A stretch of 64,000 bases of DNA from Octopus sinensis. Lineage: Eukaryota. Below are positions 39,991 through 52,789 of the stretch, in pieces. The stretch's first letter is position 1. Every line of letters starts with the position of its first letter. Made by a program: the position numbers and the translations under genes. Where the stretch lies: positions 109,554,001 through 109,618,000 of the forward strand of contig NC_042998.1 of assembly GCF_006345805.1 (NCBI RefSeq). Direction: 5' to 3'. Under the pieces are notes generated by a model. It made no database searches. It had not been told where the DNA came from and saw nothing but the letters and a program-made list of their open reading frames with translations.

Positions 39991-40921
39991 CATACTCACA
40001 CAAATGTGTACCCCACTCCGACTTTGATTCCTTATAACTTTCAGAAAAATAGTTATTTCCTAATGAAATTCTCCACAAATACGCTTCAGATGATGTAGAT
40101 TCCGATTATATCGGAATTTGTTGTGAAAAAAAAAATCTTCCAAGCGGTGGGGAGAGGAGTTTCGGAGAATTCACGCGAATTGACTTTGTTACCTCATAAC
40201 TCAGAAACAGGTATATTTAATGAAATTTTCTTCAAATACCTTTTAGGATGGGCAGGTTACGATCATATCGGAATTTGAAGTGAAAAAAAGAAAAAACAGT
40301 GAGCACGCACACATACATTCTGACACATACCACAATTTTTTTTCGGAATTTCAAATTTCATTTTGTAGACACATGTAATGTGCGTCGGTATGCAGGCGTG
40401 TGAGCCCAATGATATATATAAAGAAAATGGAGACCGGGAAGTTAATAATTGTTTATTATTAACAGTAAATTAATCATCATCCCTTACAGCTGTTTCAATT
40501 AATACTCAGTAAATATTAAATTTATATGGCCAGACCATAATATCTTCAGAGGAAAATATACCCTTAGATGTTTTATATGTGTTTAGGGATTCTAATTAAT
40601 TGATATATGATTAAGCTATCAAATGATATAACTATATATATATATATAATCATAATCTACGCGATCTGAAAGGTATTTGTAGAAAATTTCATTTAAAAAA
40701 TACCTACTTTTTAAAAAAGTTATTAGGAAATAAAGTCACTTTGTGTGAATTTTCTGAAACTTCTTTCCCTACCCTCGGACAAATTTTGTCACAATAAATT
40801 CCGATATAATCGGAATCTACACCATCTGAAGCGTATTTGTAACCTAAAAAATTCATTAGAAAATATCCATTCTAGAAGTTATGAGGAAACGAAGTCGGGG
40901 GAGCACTCTTGTGTAGGTATG
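39991..40921. mobile_element. Foldback/MITE-like element with ~140-bp inverted arms and inner degenerate copies
   Basis: caaatacgcttcagatgatgtagattccgattatatcggaattt (40076-40119) is inverted at ~40796-40840; related inner pair at ~40180-40285 and ~40650-40740. Confidence 0.75.
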
Positions 40922-41655
40922 TCACTTCTATTTACCACGTTCCCGTTTTATTGTGGGTTTTTTTTTTTTACATATTGCAAATAAAAGTAATACATAAAAT
41001 TGGTATTCCTGTTAATAAATATTTGTGTTCTTTATTTTGGAGGTGGTAGCTTAGTATTTTCGTACAGCTCCTTAAGTTGTGAGTTCAAATCCAGTCGGTT
41101 TCGCTTTGATATTTGTCCCTTACAGGGTCGATAAATAAAATACCAATGAAATCATTGTTTATGTCATAATTCCTGCTCGTTTTGTTCACCTCAAACAATC
41201 GACAGAGATATAATTTTTAAAATAATGTTTTTGCCTTTTATTCATTATTATTCACTTAGAAAAATACTGGAATGATAAAAATAACAGGCCATTACAGTAA
41301 ATATCTTCGGGTAATTGGTTTCGTCTCTGTTCCCTGTTAAAATGACACGAGGAATAGCGTTACCTTTAATTCCTTCTTCTCAGACGCTAAAATAGATACC
41401 AACCATTTACTAAGGTCAATTCAAATAACTTTACTGTTCCCCTACAAATGTATGGTTTTGTGTTAGTATGAGAAATTATATTTGAAATGTCAAGATTGAA
41501 ACAGCTAACGTTTTATTCACTGTTCTATAAATAAAATATTTTTAAAAACCCACTTCATTCTGTTTCATAAATTGCATTTCCTGACACTGTTATCTATCAA
41601 ATTTACTTCCTGAATATCAAACACACACACACACACACGCACGCACACACACACA

Positions 41656-41697
<42 letters not shown>

Positions 41698-42233
41698 CGG
41701 ACTTCATTCAGTTTCCGTCTACCAAATCCAATCACAAGGTTTTGGTCAGCCCGATGCTATTAGTAGGATATTTACCCAAAGTGTCACGCAGTGGGCCTGA
41801 ACCTAGAACCATCTGGTTGGGAAGCTATAAAGAGAGAGAGAGAGGGTGGGTAGTGAGGAATTTTTACTATATTTTTTGACTCTGAGGAAAAAATATTATT
41901 TTCACGAATGTTCACTATCTTACAAAAACTATATCAGCTACACAAATGACCTCTAAATGCATTCAAAACACTATGACATATTCAGAAGAATATTTCAGAA
42001 AAATATCACCGTTCTCTTTGAGCATATAAAAGATAAGTTTAGATGGGACAAAGTAACTAAGCCAAGATAAGTTAAGTAGTCTCCAAAAGATGATGCAATA
42101 GTACAAAATAATGATGCTATACTTGCAATATAATGGTTTCAAACATGAGAAGAGAAAGTAACAGAAAATCAGAAATTACTCATTTTGTCCCGGTTACTAA
42201 TGTTATCTCCTCCACCGCCACCACAACCACCTC

Positions 42234-43038
42234 TATACATGACCGACTGAAACTGCAAGCATTTACTAATTTCCACTACCACCTTCTCAATACATGACTT
42301 TAAACTGAAACTGCAAGCGGTTCTGAACTCGGAACCTTGTAAAGCTTATTTCAGATTTATCAGTATTGTTGCTATTATTGTTTAATCTTAGATTAACGCA
42401 TATAAAACTCACCTACGGTCAAAGGTATTTCGGTCTTGGTCATCATTTTTTTAAACTATATTCCATCCTCTAAATACAGTAGTTTTGGTATGTTAGAAAT
42501 TTGATCGCTATTTCTACATGTTGAAAGTTAACTCAAATTTACGTTAATATTAGGTTAAAGCCGCCATTCAACCAGGCTTCCAGCACATGTACCCCACACC
42601 AGAGAACTATTCACAAATACTGGGTAGAGTGGCGACTATGCAAGATTTTTTAACCGTATACTCGACCTCAAAGATAATAAATAAATAAATGAACCGATCA
42701 TAATACATTGTACTACTTCTCTTCTCGTCATGAGTTCAAAATTCAAACACCTTTTGTTCCCATAATAGCTTTAAAAAAAATTTTAAGCACCCTCCACAGC
42801 ATTCCCCGAAAAATCCACCCGACTGGTTGGTATGAAGTCGTTCGTCAAAAGACATCGTCGAACCTGCAGACTTGCTATCTCCACTCTCTGTCATTTGTAC
42901 TGCTACTACTGTGGCAACTGCAGGGGCATAGCCAGCTTCTAAAGTTAATGGGAGCAAGTATATAAAAAGAAAGATGCTATAACACATACCAAACAATTTT
43001 AAACTCATTTCATTTGTTCATGTTTCAGTAACAACGTC
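42234..43038. repeat. Left arm of a long inverted duplication
   Basis: 42234-42750 is the reverse complement of 46947-47536; 42770-43038 is the reverse complement of 44816-45085; mid-90s percent identity by eye. Confidence 0.93.
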
Positions 43039-45085
43039 ATATATGAAACTTACAACTACTGATAGAAGTAAGTAAATAGTTTACCAAAAATAAGTTGTTG
43101 AAAAGGCACCGGTTTTGAAAAAACGTGCTCGATGGGTGTGGTCGCTCCCTTTATGCCCCTATTAGCTACACCACTGTGCAACTTTCTCTCGAAGCTGGTT
43201 GGTCTCATATCACCTCTATTCAGGCCTTTCCAACTCACTTGTCTTTTTTCCTCTCGTCAACCTCAGTGTTCGCTGTTTAATCCTTCAACCTCAAGACGTC
43301 AACATTTTGGAAATTCCCCCTCCATCTTCTGCAGTCGTCAATTCACAATTGTTTTCGCTGGCTTTGGAAGGCCTGTCAAGGGCATGCATACATTTCTTGT
43401 CCGAATAAACTTGGACAAAAGCATTCCAGCTCTGATCATATAATTTGTGTGTGTGTGTATGTGTGTGTCTAGGAATCTAATGTGTCATTCTATCCTACTC
43501 TTCCTTTTAACAACGATGGGGGTAGCATTCGATGGAGATTTGGATGCTACTTTTAGTAGGTCAAGCAACCATTAAAAATCTACACTAATTCGAGCTATGC
43601 AACATCTTGCCTCTATCTCACCATTCTAGGTCTGTCTGTAAAAGACTGGGTAGAGTTGATAAGTTAAGGGAAAGAGTAAAAAGCAACATCTTGTGAGAGT
43701 AAGTTAACATCTTTCGTACGTTTTGAGACACATCGACACGCAAAACATGAAAGTATAGCTCCACAGCTATTCGCGAAATTAATTTCACTTTAATTCAACT
43801 ATCTATTGAGGACCCTTGGAAGCCCAAAATAGCGGAGGGTAGTCGGTAATACTTGAACGTAGAAAACTTCTCGCACTCCTAATGACTCAAACTGGAAAAT
43901 CGGCGATGAAAAACCTCTGTATTTGAATTTTTCAATGGAAAAGACTTTTGTGCACAGTATGTAACGGTAATCGAAACAACTGAGCGTCAATATTCATTCA
44001 GGATTTGTGGAAGGTTCGTTGTTCGAAGGTGTACTTGATCTTCTGTATATGAGCGGCATTCAATCATTGTTTAAGATGGCTGTCGAGCGTGAATAGTTAT
44101 TACGAGATCGTCAGTTTTTGTGGTGGTTCCAGGTCACCGGTTTTTGTTCGAAGGTCTAGGGTCTCCCTTGGTTTTACTAAAGAGTGCTGTAAGTACAAAC
44201 ACAAATCACATACGCACTTCCATTTCTACACATATACACGCTTCCTGTTTATACAAGTCACTCCCAAACTAAACAAACACCGATCACAATATCTAAATGA
44301 CTTAAATTAAGTTAATAATGATAAAATTGATGTTGACAATAATGACGAAGATTATTTTCCGTTGCTGCCCTCGATCTTTTGCAAAAACCTGTAATGGCTA
44401 GCTTAAATCTCAAGGCGAGAGCTGCAAGCACGGGGTTGAAATGAAAGTAAGAAACAACTGACGTGACGATTATGGGTGTCGGTGCTTATACATTGCTTTT
44501 GTATTCTATAAATTTTGTAAGGCGGCGAGCTGGCAGAAATGTTAGCAGTCCGGCCGAACTGCTTAGTAGTATTTCGTCTGTCTTTATGTTCTAAGTTCAA
44601 ATTCCGCCGCGGTCGACCTATCCTTTCGTCCTCTCGATCCTTGTTCCTAGAGTAGAAAAGATTAATAACTTTTGTTCTTTTTCTTTCCTTCCCTTTTCCT
44701 CTCTTTTTTTAAACTTTTGTAATTTTCTTCTGTTCCTTTTGGTATCTTTGTGTTTACTTATTTCTTTACTTTTTCTGCTGTTTAATTTTGATACACCTCT
44801 AATTCTTCAATTTCTGACATTGTTACAGAAACATAAACAAATGAAATGAGTTTAAAAGTGTTTGGTATGTGTTATAGCATCTTTCTTTTTATATGCTTGC
44901 TCCCATTAACTTTAGAAGCTGGCTATGACCCTGCAGTTGCCACAGTAGTAGCAGTACAAATGACAGAGAGTGGAGACAGCAAGTCTGCAGGTTCGACGAT
45001 GTCTTTTGACGAACGACTTCATACCAACCAGTCGGGTGGATTTTTCGGGGAATACTGTGGAGGGTGCTTAAAAAAGAATTTTAGC

Positions 45086-45773
45086 TGTAGCGGTTAGTGA
45101 AATACATTATCTCTTTTTGAGAGACATCATACAAATAACGTCGTGGCAGATAGCAGCCATCCTTCGGAGGCTTAGGCCCTGTTGTGTCCGCTACTCTGAT
45201 TGGTTGGTTTTGGTGCAGTTTTATCTCTTGCTTTTATCTCGTCGACTTCACCGTAACGTCGTCTTTCACCACCGTCGACTTCAACAATATATACACATCA
45301 AAATCATCCAGGTTTAACTACACGTTGTTTGTGAATACTCGCCAAGGTTAACAGCTAGTCTACCTGCGAGATCTTCTGTAACCCGGCATAGGATAGAAGC
45401 CACAATCGCTACACGGCATGTGTTCAACCGGCTCTCCACTTTGCCTCAACTTATCTGTTGCAGAACTAACTATTGTGTATCTTACGAACTGGTAATTAAT
45501 ACCATTTTGTGTCTGGACACTCTTTCTATAACGCGCGCACGCGCGCACACACGCACAGACACACACTGTTGTCGCACTCACGAACACACAGACACACACG
45601 CTCTGCTACTCACGAATACGCCTGTAAATAAAGTTTTTTCTCTTGTACATTATACGGTTGTGTTTCTCTCTTTATTCCTTTTGGCACTTATTTGGCTTCT
45701 TTTGTAAGGCGACCGTGCGGCGTTCAAAAGGGAGACATTTGTCACCACCTCCTTTACATACGGTCGCTCTACA
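45086..45773 (+). mobile_element. LTR copy 1 (688 bp), followed by a primer-binding site
   Basis: TGTAG...CTACA inverted termini; TGGTGACCCC at 45776 is complementary to the 3' end of tRNA-Trp (recalled sequence). Confidence 0.7.
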
Positions 45774-45969
45774 AGTGGTGACCCCTCGTTTTCTAACATG
45801 CAGCCACAAATATATTCAGCCGGCCTTTACGCTCACTCGAACGTCTATAAATGGTGACCCAGTACCAGTTTAATTGACCAACCGTTCTAATTTCCCCTTT
45901 TCACAACAGTTATGTCCATTTTTTATTATCGTCTCTTTTGTCTTCAACAAAAGGACTGATGAAAAGCTC

Positions 45970-46923
45970 TGTAGCGGTTAGTGAAATACGTTATCCCCCT
46001 TTGAGAGACATCATACAAATAATTTCGTGGCAGAGAGCAGCCTTCCTTCGGCTGTTTAGGCCCTGTTGTGTCCGCTACTCTGATTGGTTGGTTTTGGTGC
46101 AGTTTTATCTCTTGCTTTATTTCGCGCCAATGTGTAAACCAACAAATTGCAACCTTCAGATAAGGTCCCGTGACACTGTTTTTCTAATACCTTGTTTGAA
46201 CCATATAAACCCTTTTAAAGCTAGTCACGACAAACCATTTGTGTCTTTGGTCCTAGGCCATTGACCACAGAGCATCCAGCGACAGACAGCCATGTTCCAG
46301 CGACTCAACACCAACACCACCGCAGCATTTCAGGACCTTTCTCCACCGTCGCCATCACCATTATCGACTTCGCCTTAATGCCGTCACCACCACCGTTGCC
46401 TTCATGCAATTCGCCTAGGTTTAACTTTACGCTGTTGAGAATACCCACCAAGGTTAACAGCTCAGTCTACCTGCGAGAACTTTCTGTACCAAAGTAACCC
46501 GGCACAGCATTGAAGCCACAACCGCTACACAACATGTGTTGAACTGGCATCTGCCCTGTGACCACCAACTTCATTGATACAGAACTAATACTATTGCGTT
46601 CATTACTACAAACTTGTATTTATCTCCATTTGTGCCTGGACACTCCTTCTATGCTCTGTATTGTGTTGTCTCACACTCATAACGCACACACGCACACAGA
46701 CACACTGTCGCACTCACGAACACGGACACTTGTCACACTCACGAACACGGACACTTGTAGCACTCACGAACACCCGCTCTGCTATCCACATTATCAACGC
46801 CTAAATAGAGTCTTTTCTCTTATACATTATACGGTTGTGTTTTCTCCTTATTCCGTTTGGCACTTATTTGGCTTCTTTTGTAAGGCGATCGTGCGGTGTT
46901 TAACAGGAGACATTTACGTACGG
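45970..46923 (+). mobile_element. LTR copy 2 (internal insertions, last ~10 bp missing)
   Basis: Starts TGTAGCGGTTAGTGAAATAC like copy 1 and is collinear with it; only ~196 bp separate the two. Confidence 0.65.
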
Positions 46924-47024
46924 GAAGAAAAGCGTGGAAGAAAATGTGTTTGAATTTTGAACTCATGACGAGAAGAGGAGTAGTACAATGTATTAATGAT
47001 CGGTTCATTTATTTATTTATTCAT

Positions 47025-47067
<43 letters not shown>

Positions 47068-49280
47068 TTCATTTATTTTCTTTTAGGTCGAGTATACGGT
47101 TAAAAAATCTTGCATAGTCGCCACTCTACCCAGTATTTGTGAATAGTTCTCTGGTGTGGGGTACATGTGCTGGAAGCCTGGTTGAATGGCGGCTTTAACC
47201 TAGTATTAACGTAAATTTGAGTAAACTTTCAACATGTAGAAATAGCGATCAAATTTCTAACATACCAAAACTACTGTATTTAGAGGATGGAATATAGTTA
47301 AAAAAATGATGACCAAGACCGAAATACCTTTGACCGTAGGTGAGTTTTATATGCGTTAATCTAAGATTAAACAATAATAGCAACAATACTGATAAATCTG
47401 AAATAAGCTTTTCAAAGTTCCGAGTTTAGAAACGTTTGCAGTTTCAGTTTAAAGTCATGTATTGAGAAGGTGGTAGTGGAAATTAGTAATCGGGGTAAAA
47501 TGAGTAAATGCTTGTAGTTTCAGTCTGTCATGTATATGTTTGATCGACTCCAGTATGTAACTGGTTCTTAATTTATCGACTCCGAAAGGATGAAAGGCAA
47601 AGTCGACCTCGGCGGAATTTGAACTCGTAGCGGTAGACGAAATACTGCTAAGCATTTCGCCCGGTGTGCTAACGTTTTTGCCAGCTCGCCGCATCGCTAA
47701 AACTGTATATTGAACAATAAATGTTTTATGTTAATTTAAAAGTTTGCCAGCAAAATCTTATAAAATGATAATCTTCTAAAAGATGCACATGTTAATATGT
47801 TATATGTGCAAAAAAAAAAAAAATATATATATAAGGTACCTCATTTACAGAGGTAAGAAATAAAACCAGGATCTTTTCACTTTGACCGGCAGATTTTTAA
47901 AATAATTTCTTTGTAACTAAACACTTTTAAACTTGTATCTATCGTGCTTTTCCATCTAAAGTGTAGATGGCAACAGGACGTTGACCTGTGGATGTGGAAG
48001 TAATGACGTAATAGTTAACATTCACGCGTAACGACTTGTACAACTCTCACCATTAGATTGTCTTATTTCATGCTTTGATATTTATTCTTTTCATTTTATT
48101 TTACGTGGCATCATCGTCATCGTTATTTACAAATAACATAGGGGCCCGTCACTGGTTCACTGAATTCCTTATGTTGAGAAGCACAAGGGACTGTCAGTGT
48201 AACTTGGTAGAAACTAAATACAATATTTTTTTTATTGTTACCTCGTACTCCCTGAATAGGGAGGAGCGAGCCTGTCTTCTCTCGGTAGTTGCTGTTGCGA
48301 AAGGGTTAGTATGGAAGACGAGAGTGAAAGGAATTGCAACAGGCATGTTTATCTCCAGTCGACTTTTTCGTTTTCCACATGAAACGGAAAATAAGGCTGG
48401 AGAAGAAATGCCTGTCGCAAAGTGTTTCGTAAAAGATGGAAGTATATAGCAAGTATGTTGCGAGTGAAAGAACCTGTCTAAATGAGAATATAAAAAAGAG
48501 AAAGCAAAATCTTCAGTGAGAGTATGTGGTTTGTGGGGTTGACCGCGTCCTCCGCTTCATTTTTTGTAAATCACTCATTCTCATTTAATTGTATATATTT
48601 TAATTGTTTGTTTATTCATATGTTTCGTCTCATTCGATACCCTGACCCCAATGTTTGTTTTGTCTGTTCTCGTATCGTCCCCTCTTTTCCTCAACCTCAT
48701 GGTTAATAAAGAAATTGACTGTATCATTAACTGAGAAACACCTCCTCCACACACACATGCACACAAGAACACAACCACACACACACACACAACCACACAC
48801 ACACACACATACACACACACAAGAAAAGAATTGAATAAAAAGATGTTATATTAAATAGCATACGAGATAAGTTTTGCATTCGAGAGAAAAGTAAACAAAT
48901 GCTTCATGGCAATTACAACCAACTCTGACTGAAGGGGAGAGATAATCTCGAGAATCAACAATTCTTCTGAATTGTCGTTAAGGAAAAGAGAGTATAATTA
49001 TTTGGAGAAAAGAGGACAGCTGCGAACGCGTTTTTGCTTTAATTGATGACATTAGGGCGGCATTTGTTTTCTATTGACTTCTGTAGCTGACATGAAATTT
49101 AGACAGTTTGATTTAAATTTTGAAAACTGCGTAGAACACAAATGTGTTCAACTCTTTTTACATATATCTAGCTCTTGCATCTGCTGGGGTCAAGGTAGAA
49201 CATTTGTGCTGATGACTTCTGTTGGGCAGATGCACGTACCCGCAGCTGTTCTCTTGCCCCAAGCCAATCAAAGTGTCAAT

Positions 49281-49312
<32 letters not shown>

Positions 49313-49314
49313 AG

Positions 49315-49900
49315 TTCCCTTAACTGGTGCAACCAATCTTTGGATGTTACTCAGCCATCACCGCTGGTCTCTGTTTTCTGTCATGCGTAGCAGGGTTACG
49401 GTGTTATGACCTGTCCAGTTCTTGATGTCAGATCAGGACTTTCTCGGTCTGCCCTCTTTTTCTCTCCCTCAGCTGTGCCCTGAAGGATGGTTTTGGACAG
49501 GGAGTTGTGGTGGGATATGTGACCATATCAGGTAAGCTTTCATATTTTTACCTGTGCAAGGAGTGGTTCCTGTCCGCTAGCGAATTTGTTGACTTGCTGT
49601 CTGACAAAGATTTTCCTTTTGTGTTCCGTGAACCGTTTGTGTAACAGCCTCCTAAAGCACTTGTGCTCAAATGTCTGGTTTCTTCCATATCAGCTGTAAG
49701 AGGCCAGCTCTCGCCTACATACGAAAGGGTCGAAGTCATCAGGGACTTGTATACTTTGCGTTTCGTTAGAAAACAAATGAAGTTGCTTTTCCAATTGTTC
49801 AACTTCCATATGCCGTCCAATAGCTGGAGTACGAATATATGGAAATCATGTAAGAACTATTTGATGTGCTACAGCGATGTACATGTGGAGTAAAGTAAAT
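49315..49900 (-). mobile_element. Old RTE-type LINE 3' remnant (different subfamily)
   Basis: Minus strand gives ...SKTILQGTAE...RGRPRKS-like residues and LTYVGESWPL; adjoins a (CAT)n tail at ~49283-49310. Confidence 0.7.
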
Positions 49901-50194
49901 TACGAATTAAAAACAGGCATTCATAGATCAGGTATTCAATTTGCCTTCAGTTCGAGCCAAATGCGTAGTGTTGATAAGCCACAGTAATGATGAAATATTG
50001 GTATCACCACTCTTGGTTCGATCCGAGGCGCGACAACTCGCCTGATCTATGACTTTCAGGAGTTTTAACACCAAGCGTTATTAGGGAGTTTTCCTTAAAC
50101 GATATCCTGCAGCAAATACGGCGAATAAACAAAATACATTTGTGTATGTGCGATCGATAATGCTTACATTACCAGAGCTGCTTTAAATCCGTAA

Positions 50195-50253
<59 letters not shown>

Positions 50254-50360
50254 TATAATCCCCCCCCCAAAAAAGGAAGAAAAAACACAAGAAAAAAAAA
50301 AACGTGAGGACGTGGTACGTGCAAAGTATTAAAAGACGCCCAGGGAAGGAAAGAAAAGGT

Positions 50361-50395
50361 GTTTTACATTTCGAGCAAAGCTCTTCTTCAGAAAT
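50361..50395 (-). ncRNA. Minimal type I hammerhead ribozyme motif in a dispersed ~200-bp repeat
   Basis: ATTT CTGAAGA A GAGC-TTT-GCTC GAAA TGT A AAAC: intact core, 4-bp stem II, 3-bp stem I. Confidence 0.6.
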
Positions 50396-50472
50396 AGGAG
50401 ACAGAGGAGAGTCCAAGAGAAAAAGAGAGATAGAGGAAAAAATCGCCAGCAATCTACATGTAGTTACACACG

Positions 50473-50551
<79 letters not shown>

Positions 50552-50618
50552 GCACACACACACACACACACACATACACACACACACAAACACATACACA
50601 CACGTATACATATACATA

Positions 50619-51018
50619 GGTGCTACTTTGGCGTGCGATCTACGTAGCCAACGTGATTTACAAGAGTCAAATTCTTGTTTGGTGTGTGATCTACGTAGCC
50701 AACGTAATCTACTATTTATTTATTATGGCATTTTTTACATCTTTATAAATTTATTTAAAAAAGTTTACTAATATTATGGGCGAATCGAACAAACATCAGC
50801 TAGAAAAGTAATAAATAAATAATCAAAATTCTTATACATTTCATACATTTATTATTTAAAAGAAATTAGAATGAAGCAAATTTGAAACAAGTTTACAAAT
50901 TCTTTCGTTAATACATTTATATTTAATAAGTATAACTTTTCTTGTAGATCACAATATCAAGTGTAGATCGCATACTAAAGCAGTTTGATAATACGTAGAT
51001 TGCATACCAATGTAGCAC

Positions 51019-51020
<2 letters not shown>
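50619..51020. mobile_element. ~400-bp MITE-like element inserted in microsatellite
   Basis: TIR ggtgctactttggcgtgcgatctacgta versus inverted tacgtagattgcataccaatgtagcacc; repeated gatctacgta subterminal motif. Confidence 0.7.
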
Positions 51021-51056
<36 letters not shown>

Positions 51057-51569
51057 TTATCAGTAACAATAAAGGGTGAAATTAATTAATTTGGAATAAT
51101 TATTAATTACACCAAGTAGATTTCGGCATGTAAAAGCCTCATTCGAGGAAAATTTAAGTAATACTAAGCAATTAAGGGTTTAGCAACGAATTGCCTCACC
51201 ACACACCGAATTTAGAAATAGCAGTCAAAGAGTTATACCTATTCTTTCTACTAAAAGGGAGATCTCAGTAAAAACACAGCACTTGAAAGGCAAACACAGA
51301 CAGGTAAGAGAAAATGAAATGACGGCAATCTATCATACAATTTTAAGTCACCTACGGACGTACGTTTCGAAATCAAGTTTTAGGAAAGCATAAGAATTAG
51401 ATAATTCTACCTTACCCAACTTCTTTTCTCATCAGCGTAGGATACTACAATTATGAATAATTGTATATTAAATTTTGAGATACTAGAAGGCATCATCTCA
51501 ACTCGGTGTCAGAGCGAGCTAAAGCATTACCAGTACCACGAAATTCAAAGTGTGAATGAAAGTTTGTGT

Positions 51570-51689
<120 letters not shown>

Positions 51690-51777
51690 AGAGAGAGGAA
51701 ATCGAAAAAATAACACAACAAAAGTCAAAAGGATGTACACATGGAATGTATTAGGTTGGCGCTCAGTATAAGATGGT

Positions 51778-51812
51778 GTATAACGTTTCGAGTGTGGCTC
51801 TTCGTCAGAAAG
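51778..51812 (-). ncRNA. Minimal type I hammerhead motif, stem I eroded
   Basis: CTTT CTGACGA A GAG-CCACA-CTC GAAA CGT T ATAC; ACGT palindrome at stem III. Confidence 0.5.
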
Positions 51813-52410
51813 AGGGGGAAGGAAAGGTCCGGAGAAAGAAAAAGTCCAAGAAAAACACGTGTATGGTCACATAGTAGGTAGGTGGATGCATATATTTTGT
51901 TTTTCACTTGTTCAAGTCAGTGGTCAGTGACTATGCTGAGGCACCACCTTGAATGGGTCTTTAGTCGAACTAATCGACGCCAGTACTTATTTTTTCGAAA
52001 CCTCGGTATTTGTTCTAGAGCGACGGGCTTCTTTCATTTTCCGTCTACCGAATCCACTCACACGAAGATGCCTCGTGTGGGGACTACCAATGTGGTTGGG
52101 AAGCAAACATCTTGCAACATAGTCAAGCTTCCTCTTAGCCTTGCCAATATGTATATATTCATTTCTTACTTATGAATAAGGCTTTAGATTTGCATGTTGC
52201 AAGAAATGCAGCTGATTCATACACTTTTCATCTGAATACTATTAGTTAAGTGAGGGCTGTAACCGAAGGTATTTTGACAAGTTTAAAAAAAAAATAACGA
52301 AGAGAATGTTGGCTAAATAAATGAAATGCAGGGGAGAAAACTCTAACTGAAATTCTCCCTGCGGAACCTGCTCCTTTGAAGATTATCTGACTTCTTTGTC
52401 ACTCAGAATA

Positions 52411-52447
<37 letters not shown>

Positions 52448-52789
52448 AATTGACGCATGATCATGATAAATAAAGGTACTAGAAGTTATAAAAACAACTC
52501 TCAAGTCTGGTGACATTATAACCTATTGATCGAAGGTGGCAAGCTGGTAGTATTGTTAAAGCGTCGAAGAAAAGAAGGAAAATACGTACTCAAAAAGTGT
52601 CGCCGAGGCCAATTTGGCTTTCTGGCCTTTCAGAATTATTTGATTAATATGGTCGATAAATCCCCTCCACTTAAAACAATTATGACCGAGTGGATAAATA
52701 TAATACATTCATACATACATACATACATACATACATACATACATACATACATACATACATACATACATACATACATGTTCATATCTGGT

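Larger units (their letters stand above)
44816..47536. repeat. Right arm of the inverted duplication, interrupted by the LTR pair and an (ATTT)n expansion
   Basis: Reverse-complement match to 42234-43038 on both sides of 45086-46923. Confidence 0.93.

Noticed and set aside
43900-43990. C/D-box-like arrangement (GCGATGA...CTGA)
   Set aside because: Box C is imperfect, there is no convincing terminal stem, and I could not identify a guide or host gene.
42736-45097. Divergent pair of 83-90 aa ORFs with a signal-peptide-like N-terminus (MSLKLFGMCYSIFLFIYLL...)
   Set aside because: They are similar only because they lie in the inverted arms. By eye there are 4 nonsynonymous changes to 1 synonymous, the C-termini differ, and I recognise no homolog.
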